Shown here: in pieces, positions 1 through 10,271 of the stretch
How positions within the stretch are numbered: position 1 is the first letter of the stretch
How the letters are laid out: each line of letters starts with the position of its first letter
Source of the DNA: Cyanobacteria bacterium P01_A01_bin.123
GTDB lineage: Bacteria > Cyanobacteriota > Cyanobacteriia > Phormidesmidales > Phormidesmidaceae
DNA length: 48,523 nucleotides
Assembly: GCA_039815185.1 (NCBI GenBank)
Contig: JBCBZT010000057.1
Location: 1 to 48,523, forward strand
Direction: 5' to 3'
The notes under the pieces: generated by a model
What the model was told of the DNA's origin: nothing
Database searches by the model: none
The model's input: the letters and a program-made list of their open reading frames with translations, nothing else
Made by a program: the position numbers and the translations under genes

Positions 1-5
1 CGCTC

Positions 6-995
6 TTGGGATTACCGAAGAGCGTCTCCGGCGTGCCCTCTTCCTCGATCCGTCCCTGGTGGAGGAAGATCACTGAGACTGGGCTGGTACGAACCGATCT
101 GCTTGATCCAGAAACACGCTTGCCCGGCGAAATTCTCCCTACCATTTGGAACATATTGGGTAAGGCTTACCCAGGACAAGCCGTTGGTCTAGAGATGGCA
201 CGTGTTGCTCCGCTGTCAGCGCTGGGACCAATGGCTCAAATCATGCGATATGCTGCAAATCTCCGTTCAGCCTTAGAGGCCTTCGTATGCTATCGGACCC
301 TATTGTCAGATCAACTCTGGTTGGACTTGGTTGAATCCAATAGTGAGGCTTATTTGCGCCTGTATCATCCACTCGACGTGCTCGATAGGGGGCTTTCTGT
401 CGAATCAGCCATCGCCTTGATTCGACGCCTCATCCAACAGGCTATCGGTCAAGAAGACGCTTTGGTGCGTGTTGAGTTTGCCCATCAGCCCCATAGCTCT
501 TCCAAGATTTACGAGGCATTTTTTGGTATTCCAGTCTGTTTTCAACAGCCTTATAACGCACTTGTGTTTCGTCGAGCGGCCTTGGATATTTCAGCCAAAC
601 AGCGCGATGTTTATTTGTTCAGGTACGTTCAGGAAAATTTAGACCTCCTGCGCGACCGTTGGGGCCTATCTAGCCACAGTTCCCCGCTAGCTGTGATTCA
701 CAACACCATTGCCCGTAAGGCTGAGTTCTACCAATACAGCGCCGAAGGAATCGCACAGGATATGAACATGAGCTTGCGATCGCTGCAGCGCCTAGCTAGC
801 GACCATGGCTTCACGGTTCGTCAGCTGTTGGAGAACGCTCGCAAAGCAAGGGCACGGCAGTTGCTGAGTGACCCAACCCTTAGTGTCGAAGCGATCGCGA
901 CGCAGTTAGGATATTCCGATGCTCGCGCCTTTCGCAGAGCCTTCAAGCGTTGGACTGGGCAGTCCCCTGCAGAGTTTCGACGAGGCGCAGTCTAA
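6..995 (+). CDS. AraC-family transcriptional regulator (true start may lie left of the window)
   Basis: C-terminal double HTH (SLRSLQRL...SVEAIATQLGYSDARAFRRAFKRWTGQSPAEFR) behind an AraC ligand-binding-type N-terminal domain. Confidence 0.9.
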   Translation: MGLPKSVSGVPSSSIRPWWRKITETGLVRTDLLDPETRLPGEILPTIWNILGKAYPGQAVGLEMARVAPLSALGPMAQIMRYAANLRSALEAFVCYRTLLSDQLWLDLVESNSEAYLRLYHPLDVLDRGLSVESAIALIRRLIQQAIGQEDALVRVEFAHQPHSSSKIYEAFFGIPVCFQQPYNALVFRRAALDISAKQRDVYLFRYVQENLDLLRDRWGLSSHSSPLAVIHNTIARKAEFYQYSAEGIAQDMNMSLRSLQRLASDHGFTVRQLLENARKARARQLLSDPTLSVEAIATQLGYSDARAFRRAFKRWTGQSPAEFRRGAV

Positions 996-996
996 A

Positions 997-1640
997 TTAG
1001 TACTCATCTACGAAATTAGGATGAACCCAGAGGAACTCGCGACGTTTGTTCTGGACGCGCACCAAACCGCCGAAGCCTGGATCTTTTTCCTTTAGCAGGG
1101 CGTGGAGTTCTCGGAGCATGGCACCTTGGGCGCGGATGGCTCCGCCTTCTTCAAAATCATTGGAGTCTCGTTTGGTCTGCCAATCGACTGCTATGTTGCT
1201 GCTTTTGATGCCAAATTCCAGGCTTTTTTGGCCTAAATCCAGTTCTTCTTGGATGCCTTTGTAGGTGGCATCATCAAGCATGAACTGGGTGGTGGAAGCG
1301 GCAACGGGTAAAACCAGGCTCAAGGTGCCAGTCACAAATTTGAAAACGGGCACGGCTTTGGTAAACCAGTCGCGATTTAGCTCTAGTTCGTATACTCTCT
1401 GCTTGGAATCGTTTGAATTTAACACGGGCAGTGGTTTGCGCGAGTGCTCACACCAGAGGGTGAGTTGAAACTTTTCCGCGACCCAATTGGGGCGATCGAA
1501 GAAGCCCGGATCAACAGGTTTGAAGCTGAATAGCCGAGGCCCCTCTTTAGCTTCGTCAATGAGCATCTGCATGAGGTAGGCAAACTGCTGGTCGATGCGG
1601 CTCATCATCGCTCGCTGCTCTTGCGATACTACGCTGATTC
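997..1640 (-). pseudogene. C-terminal remnant of an LRR-Roc-COR-type protein
   Basis: Translation (EAKEGPRLFSF, FQLTLWCEHS, LRELHALLKEKDPGFGGLVRVQNKRREFLWVH) resembles the tail of cyanobacterial Roc-COR proteins; no LRR or GTPase upstream; the ORF-track N-terminus looks unrelated. Confidence 0.6.
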
Positions 1641-1908
1641 CAGCCGCGATCGCGCCATACATGTGCTGAAGCAGCGCTATCTGGTCTACCTCGTCACCAA
1701 AGACAAGCAGTTGATGCACGAATCACCGCTGAGGCTAATCACAAAGGGCTCCTTCTGCGGCAGCTTTGGCACAATGGTACGGAACTTCCACAGCGAGATG
1801 AGCAAAGCCTATAGTGCAGAGATCGGGGCGACCACCTCAGTGATAGGGCGATCGTTTTTCTTAAGAGGAAGCCCCTCAAAACTCCAAGCTTCTAAGTAAT
1901 TACAGAAT

Positions 1909-3471
1909 CTATGTTGACCAGTATTTTCCAAGAATTTCGGAAGACTCAAAATTGACCAATTCATTCCTGGCACTTTCAACATCGAGCCAATGAGAAGAAC
2001 TTAAGTATGAGGAAATTAATGGGGCGGCTATAATCTGCTCATAAATATCAATGTTGTCAGACTTTGATATAGCTTTCAGGATGGAATTCATAATCTGAGC
2101 AGCTAAACTTCTGCCCGTTTGAATGGTTGATAAAAATTCTGACGTTTCAGAGAACAAGCCACCGTGAAGTATCTTGTGCCTGTATTCGAGTAGTTTTAGA
2201 GTTTTCTCGTGATTGTATAGCACTTCTATATTTTCCAAGAATAATTTAAGGTAAGTAGATAGAGCCGGAGTCTTTCCATCCGCGTGATTTCTCTCCACAA
2301 ACTTCTTCTTTCTTTGTGCGACATCATGATGATTCATCAGAAAATTATAACCATCCAAGTCCCAAAACCAATGCGCAAAGAAGTATTCAATTGATGAGCA
2401 GATAGCTAGGATTTGCAAATCAGAAGAATAGTCTTTAGAGAGCGAAGATTTTAAGTTAAACAAACCTCTCTCTACCCTTTCTTCAAGAGGACAACACTCC
2501 AGAAAAGCTTCAAGCATTAAGCTTATATTTGAACTGTTTGAGTTTTGGGTAGGCCAGTGAGTTGCATTTGTGTTTAACCGAATATTTTCAAAAATGGGTA
2601 ACATAAGACCAGTTATGGATCTTCCTGAAATTGAAGCTTCATATTCATAGTAAATCGGTTCAATTATTCGACCAGCAATAATTGAAATATAATCACACAG
2701 TTTCATGCTAGTCAGTTCTAATTGTTTCAGGACATCTGCGCAGGTATTAAAATTATTGGCCTCTTCACCGTCAGCCCTAATTTCCCTCATTAAGTTTTGC
2801 CTTTCTAACTTGAGGTCAAAAAAAGACAATTTATAAATGATTTGTTGATCAATACTTACGGTTTCGACAGAGGAAAAGCTCTTTCTTGATTTTCCACATC
2901 TGAACAAGTATCCTGACTTGAGAAGACAGAAGACTTCATGCAAAACTACGTAATCATCGTTGTCACCATCAACATTCAAACTTTCAGAAATGTTATATTT
3001 GTCCTTAAACGAGAGCTCATCAGACAAATAAACTTTCAATCTAACATAGCTTGGTTGTTCGTTATTTCTATCAAACAAGAAATGCTTCACGCCATTTTCT
3101 TGAAAACGAACATACCCAGGAAACTCTAGAGAGATAATTTTGTATGCTGCAAAGTCCCCGCTTTCTACACGATTTCTTGAATTGTCGAGTCTAGTTTGAA
3201 TAGATGTGAAAAACCCAAAAATAACTAATTTTCCGGGAATTATAATTTTGATTTCATTTTTGAACTGATTAATAAAGCCGAGGTTTTCATGTGATCCTTC
3301 TTCTGTTTTTCTAGAAGCTGTTTTCTTGAAGACTTTAGCTGAAACATTTACTTTGTCATAAAAATCAATTAAAATATCTACATCAACTCTGAACGAAAAA
3401 TCCCTTGCGCAAATGCTCGCTTCTTCACGGAAGTTAAATTTTCCAGGAAAATTTTGGCGACGGAAAATCAT
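1909..3471 (-). CDS. AT-rich hypothetical protein with C-terminal HEPN-like RxxxxH motif (ApeA-like candidate)
   Basis: 520-aa ORF, markedly AT-rich, no HIP1 seen; C-terminal CSSIEYFF ... YRHKILHG. Confidence 0.6.
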   Translation of the reverse strand: MIFRRQNFPGKFNFREEASICARDFSFRVDVDILIDFYDKVNVSAKVFKKTASRKTEEGSHENLGFINQFKNEIKIIIPGKLVIFGFFTSIQTRLDNSRNRVESGDFAAYKIISLEFPGYVRFQENGVKHFLFDRNNEQPSYVRLKVYLSDELSFKDKYNISESLNVDGDNDDYVVLHEVFCLLKSGYLFRCGKSRKSFSSVETVSIDQQIIYKLSFFDLKLERQNLMREIRADGEEANNFNTCADVLKQLELTSMKLCDYISIIAGRIIEPIYYEYEASISGRSITGLMLPIFENIRLNTNATHWPTQNSNSSNISLMLEAFLECCPLEERVERGLFNLKSSLSKDYSSDLQILAICSSIEYFFAHWFWDLDGYNFLMNHHDVAQRKKKFVERNHADGKTPALSTYLKLFLENIEVLYNHEKTLKLLEYRHKILHGGLFSETSEFLSTIQTGRSLAAQIMNSILKAISKSDNIDIYEQIIAAPLISSYLSSSHWLDVESARNELVNFESSEILGKYWST

Positions 3472-3589
3472 CTATTCTTGGATTTGATGCAATAAATGAT
3501 TGCATTATAAGTGAAAGTTGATTGTGAGAAGTAGACATCAAGCCACGAGAGATTGAGGGCAATTGTGGTGGGAATAAGGAGAGCGCGGA

Positions 3590-3820
3590 TTATTCATCCA
3601 CAATGCTCCCTAAGTACAAGCGGGCAAATTCCTTCGCCGCTATTGGATTAAGCACTTTCAGCGCATGAGTAATCTGAGCAATATTTTCAGCACTGGGATC
3701 TAAACCGTGATACCAGCGCCCCACATTGGCACGACTGATCCCCATTTCTACAGCCAGCCGATTTTGGCTGATGCCGTAAGTGTTTAAAACTTGCTTCAAT
3801 GCTTGGCTTGCCCTCCACTT
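3590..3820 (-). CDS. XRE-family helix-turn-helix protein (start uncertain)
   Basis: ASQALKQVLNTYGISQNRLAVEMGISRANVGRWYHG is a typical cyanobacterial XRE HTH; the ORF-track extension to 4015 looks non-homologous. Confidence 0.7.
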   Translation of the reverse strand, partial: KWRASQALKQVLNTYGISQNRLAVEMGISRANVGRWYHGLDPSAENIAQITHALKVLNPIAAKEFARLYLGSIVDE

Positions 3821-4209
3821 CCCGATACAGACAAAGATTCTGCCCTTATCCGTAAGCCTGTGATTATCACCGTCGTTGGCTCTGCACTCGGCGTTGAACT
3901 CGTCATCAAAGTTTTGCATCGATTGGGACTCGCAGAAGCTAGAGTTTGGAGTAAGCCGCAAATCGATCCTCGAAGCGGTAGGTCTATGCGCGTTCTTACA
4001 AAGTGGATTCGGCACTAGCTCTCGTCCGTCAAACTATGGCGATCGCAATACTACCTCCCCAAAGCGAGTGTCCTAGCAGCAGTCCTGGAATGCTCAACCC
4101 AAGTTGCGTTCAGGTTGTCGGCCCTGGGTGATCGCAGTGTGAGATGACGGGCCATCACCCCTAGCCCGTTGGCATCGAGTAATGCCTATTCCTCGCTTGG
4201 CTGCCGTGT

Positions 4210-4839
4210 TTAGCTGGCAACCACACGACCCAATTGCTTCAATCCCTGCAAAATGCACTGCAATTCTTGATGAGAAGTCAAGGCCGCAAAGGCTCGCGAA
4301 AAGTTGTACTGCCGCTCTTCAGTCTGGGCTAGTTTCACAAAGACCGAATCATCCCCATTCGTCATCAAGGCAAAACTAGGTCTTTCTGAGTGAGGATTTG
4401 CAGCTAGGTACGCCAGGGTTTGCGGCAGGGCTGACCATACCGAAAGCGCCGTCTTTTTAGATTCCAATGCGACCACCCAAAAGTGCTCCTTCAAGACCAA
4501 CACATCCAAACGGCCTTGCAACACCTCTTCTGAGTCTGCCAACAGGAGCTGTACCGATTCCTCTGCTCTGACTCTAAACGGTGGATCGTAAAATCCCGCC
4601 AGCGTTAGCAGGGGTGACGCAAATAGCAGCATCACGGTGCTTTCTAGTAAATGCCCTTGCGATCTTTGATAGAGGTAGCGACGGCGTAACTCAACGAGCC
4701 CAGTCTCTTCAGCCTCGGTTAAGGAAGGAAGATCAGCACACCACTCAGGAAAAAATTGTTCATCTTCGGTGCGAGTAAGATGAAACCGTGCTTCCGCTTC
4801 TGCCAGAGTTGTAATCGCCTCTGTGACTGCAACTGACAT
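4210..4839 (-). CDS. Stand-alone HsdR_N-like PD-(D/E)XK restriction-endonuclease-fold protein
   Basis: GRLDVLVL...VVALESKK...PQTLAY...MTNGD motif pattern of a common cyanobacterial family. Confidence 0.8.
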   Translation of the reverse strand: MSVAVTEAITTLAEAEARFHLTRTEDEQFFPEWCADLPSLTEAEETGLVELRRRYLYQRSQGHLLESTVMLLFASPLLTLAGFYDPPFRVRAEESVQLLLADSEEVLQGRLDVLVLKEHFWVVALESKKTALSVWSALPQTLAYLAANPHSERPSFALMTNGDDSVFVKLAQTEERQYNFSRAFAALTSHQELQCILQGLKQLGRVVAS

Positions 4840-4982
4840 CCTTTCTACCAACTCTCTGCTGCTATCTTAAGCCAGAGTCACGAGCTAGAGTCACGGTGGG
4901 CATCCTTTCATACACGGACTACACTGCTTCGATCCGTCTAGATGTTGCGTTGGCCACAAGAGAGTAATGAACGTTGCCGTCA

Positions 4983-5450
4983 TTATTCTTCTTCACAAGC
5001 ACCAATACTCACCCAGCTAGTCGAGCCATCACTCCACCACTCTTTCTTCCAAATTGGGGCGTTATGTTTGAGCGTATCGATCGCGTATTTGCAGGCGGCA
5101 AATGCTTCTGTGCGATGGGGGCACCCCACGGCTACCAGTACGCTAATCTCTCCCACCGTCAACTTGCCCGTGCGGTGGTGAATGACTATATGGGTAACCT
5201 CAGACCACTGTTGACGAATTTGCTCGGCGATTTGCTTAAAGACTGCGATCGCCATCGGTTCATAAGCTTGATATTCCAGTGCCACCACAGGTTTGTCGTC
5301 AGTGTTGTCACGCACCATGCCGCTCATGACGACGATCGCACCATTGGCTCGATCATCAGCCAAGTTGTAGACCTCGTCTAGAGACAGGGGGGCGAAGGTG
5401 ATAGCGAAGTGATCGGGGTGGGTGATTTGGGGTTGGGATTGGGTGAGCAT
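4983..5450 (-). CDS. moaE: Molybdopterin synthase catalytic subunit
   Basis: GMVRD, LEYQAYEPMA, HRTGKL, PHRTEAFAAC, PIWKKE motifs. Confidence 0.95.
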   Translation of the reverse strand: MLTQSQPQITHPDHFAITFAPLSLDEVYNLADDRANGAIVVMSGMVRDNTDDKPVVALEYQAYEPMAIAVFKQIAEQIRQQWSEVTHIVIHHRTGKLTVGEISVLVAVGCPHRTEAFAACKYAIDTLKHNAPIWKKEWWSDGSTSWVSIGACEEE

Positions 5451-5502
5451 GGGTAGTGGGATGGTGGAGTTTTGAAGGGACGCGATCAATTACGCTCCTG
5501 GG

Positions 5503-6393
5503 TCATATTTTGAGGATACCTGTATCACCGTCTAAAGTGGCCGTGACGCCCACGGGGAGGGCAGCGTTAACGCCGTCATGGCCAAACGGCAGGTCTGAAA
5601 CAATGGGAATTGAGAGATCCCCAAGGCGATCGCGCAGCACCTCCATCACCGAAAAACTAGGAATATGGGGGGGTGGGTCGCACTGGCTAAAGCGTCCCAA
5701 GGCGATCGCTTTGACGCCTTTAAACTTGCCCATGGCTCGCCATTGGGTCAGCATTCGGTCGATGCGATAAGGGGCTTCAGACACATCTTCAAAAGCCAAA
5801 ATGACGCCGTCCAAATCAGGTTCGTCAGCTGTGCCGAGTAAGCAGGTCGCCACAGTCAAATTAGCAGGGAGCAAGCGTCCTGTCACTTGGCCGCCACCCC
5901 ACCCCTGACCATTTAGAACCCCTAGCGATCGCCCCTCGACTAAATCAAATAGACGCTGCGCTGACCAATCGGGTTCTTGAGCCAGGGTCGTCAGTAGGGG
6001 GCCATGGACACCAGCGATGCCCTGCTTGCTTAAGCTCCACAACAGGCTGGTGATATCAGAGAAGCCAATCAGCCACTTGGGATCTACTGGGGGCCATTGC
6101 CAGTTTTCTAGCAGTCGGGTACCGCCGTAACCGCCCCTGGCACAAAGAATGCCGCGACAGTCAGGCGCTTTAAGGGCGCTCAAAAGCTGGTGTCGGCGAT
6201 GAGAATCTGACCCTGCTAAGTAACCCCAGCGCTGATCGTATCCTGGAGAAAGGGAAAGGGTGTAGCCGCGCGATCGCCAAAGTTCGACCCCTGCCTCAAA
6301 CGCCTCTCGTTCTCGCAGGGCACCGCTGGGGGCGATTACATACAGCAAATCCCCTGGCTCAAGCGGAGCTGGCAACTGACTCAACTGACTCAT
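5503..6393 (-). CDS. ldcA: LD-carboxypeptidase (peptidase S66)
   Basis: APSG, ARGGYG, IGFSDIT, FEDVSEAPYRIDRML, FGH motifs. Confidence 0.93.
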   Translation of the reverse strand: MSQLSQLPAPLEPGDLLYVIAPSGALREREAFEAGVELWRSRGYTLSLSPGYDQRWGYLAGSDSHRRHQLLSALKAPDCRGILCARGGYGGTRLLENWQWPPVDPKWLIGFSDITSLLWSLSKQGIAGVHGPLLTTLAQEPDWSAQRLFDLVEGRSLGVLNGQGWGGGQVTGRLLPANLTVATCLLGTADEPDLDGVILAFEDVSEAPYRIDRMLTQWRAMGKFKGVKAIALGRFSQCDPPPHIPSFSVMEVLRDRLGDLSIPIVSDLPFGHDGVNAALPVGVTATLDGDTGILKI

Positions 6394-6663
6394 GTAGCTT
6401 GATGAGGAAAAGGAAACTGATGGTGTTGTTCTAGCGTTGGCGGATACGCTAGAGATACGGAGGGTGGACTCTGCGATCGAAAGGCATGTTCTAACACAGG
6501 CACCAGAACGGTTCTAAGCAATATCGCGACAACCACCACCACAAAAAATGGGCCAATACGATGAATCCACATGGCATCTAGGGAGAAGCAGGGGGCAATA
6601 TGGGCATAACCGTAACTGACAGACCTGAAGGTAGCCTGAGAAGTTTCTGAAGGATCATAAACC

Positions 6664-7122
6664 ATGAGAAGAATCATTTGGCTAGGGCACGATCGCTTCA
6701 AATCCTTGGGTTTGGGGATAATCATATCCCTGTTATGTGCCAGTTTGCTGTTGGGTTGTTCCTCAGATGATCCGAGTTTAGTATCATCCACGCCGCAACC
6801 CTCAACGCCTGCTGTATCACTTCCCTCCGATTCTCCAACTAATCCACCCGCGGGTGAACAACCACAGATGCCTGAATCGCTGCGTGATGCTGTGCTGATG
6901 GCGATCGCCGTCGACCAATCTGTCCCTGCTGACCAACTGCAACTCATAGACGCCACTGCCCAGATCTGGCCCGATGGCTGTCTGGGACTGGCCGACGCTG
7001 GTGAATTCTGTACCCTGGCGCTAGTTGACGGTTGGGCAGCCACCGTAACCGATGGTGAACACATCTGGATTTATCGAACCGATAGCGACGGTACTCAGAT
7101 TCGGCTTGAATCGAAAGCGTAA
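6664..7122 (+). CDS. Hypothetical lipoprotein
   Basis: Lipobox LLLGC, Pro/Ser-rich linker, conserved-looking WPDGCLGL...CTLALVDGW...YRTD domain. Confidence 0.75.
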   Translation: MRRIIWLGHDRFKSLGLGIIISLLCASLLLGCSSDDPSLVSSTPQPSTPAVSLPSDSPTNPPAGEQPQMPESLRDAVLMAIAVDQSVPADQLQLIDATAQIWPDGCLGLADAGEFCTLALVDGWAATVTDGEHIWIYRTDSDGTQIRLESKA

Positions 7123-7232
7123 AAGCTATCGCCGTGCTGGGCAATGCAGACGGGAGTCAGGCGTCAGGCGTGAAAGCGGGTTTTTCAGAATTCTGAATTC
7201 CTTCTCGATGTTTTCCCAGTTCAAATCAAACG

Positions 7233-7805
7233 CTATCCCGAGGATTCATCCACCTGAGGCCACAGGCGCTCAAGCTGTCGTTGCCATGCCGCTAGAGTGC
7301 TCTGATAGACTGCACCTGAGGCCATATCACCCATTACACCTTCAGCATAGAGTCGATCTAGGGTTTTCATCGTAGACTCCAGGGTTTGGCCCTGCTGTTT
7401 CGCCGCTTTGATGATCTGTCGAATTTGAACCTCGATCTGATCTTGAAAAAAGGGGCCAATCCCCGCTTGCTTCATGGCCAGCAGCTGGTTGAGGGCACTT
7501 TCAAACCCTGCTAGGACAAGGCTGGCAAAATCATGATGAAAAACGCCCCATAGCACCCCTTCATGGAGGGCATAGCGGACTTCTTGAGTCGCATCAAAGT
7601 TTGCTGCCAGAATCTGGGCAAGAAAAGATTGAGCCTCAGCCGCTGGCAACATGGGTAGCAGCATTCTCAGCCAACTACCGTCTTGGGAAAGTAAAACCAG
7701 CAGCCGAAAGTCATTGGTATCGACTTGCCAAGCATCAGGAGGCAGCACCTTGAGGGAGTCGCCAAACTGCTGTTTCAGAGTTTGAGTAATGTCATCGGGA
7801 GTCAT
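7233..7805 (-). CDS. YbjN/type III chaperone-like hypothetical protein
   Basis: Follows hemA; LLVLLSQDGSWLR, ANFDATQEVRYAL pattern. Confidence 0.65.
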   Translation of the reverse strand: MTPDDITQTLKQQFGDSLKVLPPDAWQVDTNDFRLLVLLSQDGSWLRMLLPMLPAAEAQSFLAQILAANFDATQEVRYALHEGVLWGVFHHDFASLVLAGFESALNQLLAMKQAGIGPFFQDQIEVQIRQIIKAAKQQGQTLESTMKTLDRLYAEGVMGDMASGAVYQSTLAAWQRQLERLWPQVDESSG

Positions 7806-7871
7806 TTCTCTACCATAGCGGTTTAGTGAGGCCACTTCTAGAGCAACAACACCAAACCGCATACGGGTGAG

Positions 7872-9161
7872 CTAGCTGTACTTTTCGCTGGAGGCCATCT
7901 CTAGGTTAAATAGCACCTGCAGAGTTTGCATGGCCTGTTTGCGAGTATCAATGTCGCGTTGGGCGCGCAACTGCACCATCGGGTCGTGGAGGATCTTGTT
8001 GACGATCCCACGGGTTAACGCTTCGATCACTTCCTGATGCTTTTCAGCAAACTCAGAGCCCAAGCGAGATAGGGCTTTTTCAAGTTCCTGTTCGCGGATG
8101 GATTCGACTTTACTACGTAGGCTGCTGATTGTGGTAACAGTATCGAGCGATCGCCACCATTCAATAAACGCATCCACCTCTTCTTCTAGCAAGGCCTCTG
8201 CTTCCATGGCCATGCGCCGACGACTCTCCTGGTTTTGGGCCACAACCGCTTTTAAGTCGTCTACATTGAATGCCTGAACGGTGTCGAGTTCGTTCACATC
8301 ACTGTGGACATTACGGGGTACGGCAATGTCAAACAGCATCAATGAGTGATTGCCTAAAGCCCCTTCTAATCTAGCTTTATCTAGCAAGGGTTCAGTGGCG
8401 GCAGTACAGGTAAATACGATGTCAGACACCATCAGCGTATCCATCATCATGTCGAGGGTGCCGGCGCTAATGCCATCGTCGTTAAACTGTTTGGCTAATT
8501 CATCAGCCCGCTTAAGCGAACGGTTGAGCACGGTGATTTGGTTAGCTCGCTTTGACAGCAAGTGCTGCACCAACAGCCGTGCCATTTTACCCGCCCCTAA
8601 AATCGTAATGCGGCACCGGCTTAGATCGGTCACTTTGGTTTGAGCGAGCTCTGCCGCGGCCGAACTAATGGAAACAGCCCCAGTGCCAATGCTAGTTTCA
8701 GTCCGAACCCGCTTGCCTGCGGTAATCGCCTGTTTCAGCAAGCGGTTAAGGATGCGACCCACGCCTTTGTGTTGCTGGCCCAGTTGGTGAGCATGCTTTA
8801 CCTGGGACAAAATTTGCCCTTCCCCAAGTACCAGGCTGTCTAGCCCTGCCGCAACTCGCATTAAGTGCATCACTGCATCCTGATGCAGCAGGATGAAGAG
8901 GTGCTGGCGCAGTTCGCGCATTGATACCTTGCCGTAGTCGGCCAAGAACTGAGTGACTTCTCGGATCCCCTGTTCCGTTTCGCGTGTGACAATGTGGAGC
9001 TCTAAGCGGTTGCAGGTGCTGAGGATGGAGACCTCTTCAATGTGGGGGTAACTACACAGTTGGGCGATCGCATCAGCGGTCTGAGGGGTGGGGATGCTGA
9101 GCTTTTCTCGGACTTCGACCGGTGCTGTTTTATGGCTGAGGCCGACAACGGCAATATTCAT
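7872..9161 (-). CDS. hemA: Glutamyl-tRNA reductase
   Basis: [54 protein letters not shown] before ATG 9161. Confidence 0.98.
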   Translation of the reverse strand: MNIAVVGLSHKTAPVEVREKLSIPTPQTADAIAQLCSYPHIEEVSILSTCNRLELHIVTRETEQGIREVTQFLADYGKVSMRELRQHLFILLHQDAVMHLMRVAAGLDSLVLGEGQILSQVKHAHQLGQQHKGVGRILNRLLKQAITAGKRVRTETSIGTGAVSISSAAAELAQTKVTDLSRCRITILGAGKMARLLVQHLLSKRANQITVLNRSLKRADELAKQFNDDGISAGTLDMMMDTLMVSDIVFTCTAATEPLLDKARLEGALGNHSLMLFDIAVPRNVHSDVNELDTVQAFNVDDLKAVVAQNQESRRRMAMEAEALLEEEVDAFIEWWRSLDTVTTISSLRSKVESIREQELEKALSRLGSEFAEKHQEVIEALTRGIVNKILHDPMVQLRAQRDIDTRKQAMQTLQVLFNLEMASSEKYS

Positions 9162-9246
9162 TCTTCCTCCCAAAAGATTGTTATTCACAGGCCCCAAGGC
9201 AAGAGCCTAAACGGGCGATCGCAGACGGTATTCTAAAGTTTGGGTT

Positions 9247-9320
9247 TAAACCTCGTTCACATCCAACTCCATGGCTTTCCTGAGCTCAAAACTCAAGTCC
9301 TTAAATCGGACGTGATTTAG
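9247..9320. repeat. Copy A of dispersed conserved-end miniature element
   Basis: TAAACCTCGTTCACATCC...AAATCGGACGTGATTTAG; ends match the copies at 24815, 35186, 41124 and 46106. Confidence 0.8.
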
Positions 9321-9607
9321 ACTTATCCTCCTGAACTTAAAAATAAACGCGCCTCAACTCAAGAAAACTCAACAAAAGTCCATCAAACGGTCAGCGGTTT
9401 CTGCAGGAATAATCGCAGCCTCAAGCTGCCTTGGGTTCTACAGGCATTAATTTGCAGTACCACCCATCCTCAATGCGTCTTTGGGGACCTCTAAACTGCA
9501 TAAATTCCCAGTCCTGCATCTATGTCATCAACAGTGGAATCGTTCCACAGCAGATTGACAGTGGAGCGATTCCACGCAAATTGCCCAGAGTGATCGAGGT
9601 CCGCCCG

Positions 9608-10210
9608 ATGGATACATTACGAATTCAACTGCATAGGCTCAAGCAGCGCGGTAGCCAGCTTGACAACGATTTTTTGGAAAGTGTCTTAGAAGGCTTTATT
9701 GATGGGGTGCTGATTCTCACCGATCAAGGAGACTTGCACCATGCTAACGCTTTAGCCTATGAAATCATTGATAAATTTTGCCAGTCTGAGACGGAAACCC
9801 AACTGATTAACCAAGAAGTTAGTCGCATCTATCAGGCTATTGCGGGGAGCCAAGACCTCTATGGCGATCAAACCGTAATTGTTGAATCAGAGCTGGATTT
9901 CGAAATCCTGGGTCGGTTGCGATTACGGGCTCGATGGTCAACCGTTAAGCCCCAAGTTGACCCGATAATTTGGATTACTTTGGAAGACCAACAGCGATCG
10001 CTGCAAGCCCAAGCCATCCTCGAAGTAGAGAAATATGGCTTCACCGCCCGCGAAACCGAGGTTTGGCTGCGCCGAAAGGCCAGAGTACCCTACCGCGAAA
10101 TTGCCCAAGAGCTTTTTATTACGGTCAATACCGTGAAAAAGCACGTTAAAAACATCCGCGTCAAGATAGAAAACTATGGCTTCCGGCAAGATATGCGGCT
10201 GGCGAACTAA
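9608..10210 (+). CDS. LuxR-type C-terminal HTH regulator with PAS-like N-terminus
   Basis: FTARETEVW...YREIAQELFITVNTVKKHVKNI; N-terminal LEGFIDGVLILTDQG...HAN is PAS-like; no receiver domain. Confidence 0.88.
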   Translation: MDTLRIQLHRLKQRGSQLDNDFLESVLEGFIDGVLILTDQGDLHHANALAYEIIDKFCQSETETQLINQEVSRIYQAIAGSQDLYGDQTVIVESELDFEILGRLRLRARWSTVKPQVDPIIWITLEDQQRSLQAQAILEVEKYGFTARETEVWLRRKARVPYREIAQELFITVNTVKKHVKNIRVKIENYGFRQDMRLAN

Positions 10211-10262
10211 ACCCCATACGATTTGAAATTTGGCGTAGGGGCGCAGGGCCTTGTGCCCCTAC
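10207..10262. repeat. Partial reversed copy F of the miniature element, containing a GTAG-type REP hairpin
   Basis: CTAAACCCCATACGATTTGAAAT then GTAGGGGCGCAGGGCCTTGTGCCCCTAC (10235-10262), between convergent genes. Confidence 0.7.
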
Positions 10263-10271
10263 AGAAAAACC

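Noticed and set aside
3821..4015. N-terminal extension of the XRE ORF
   Set aside because: Looks non-homologous; family members usually begin near ASQALK, so this is probably an ORF-calling artefact or a damaged start
6390..7064. 224-aa minus-strand ORF
   Set aside because: Overlaps the better-supported + strand lipoprotein; composition is typical of a shadow ORF
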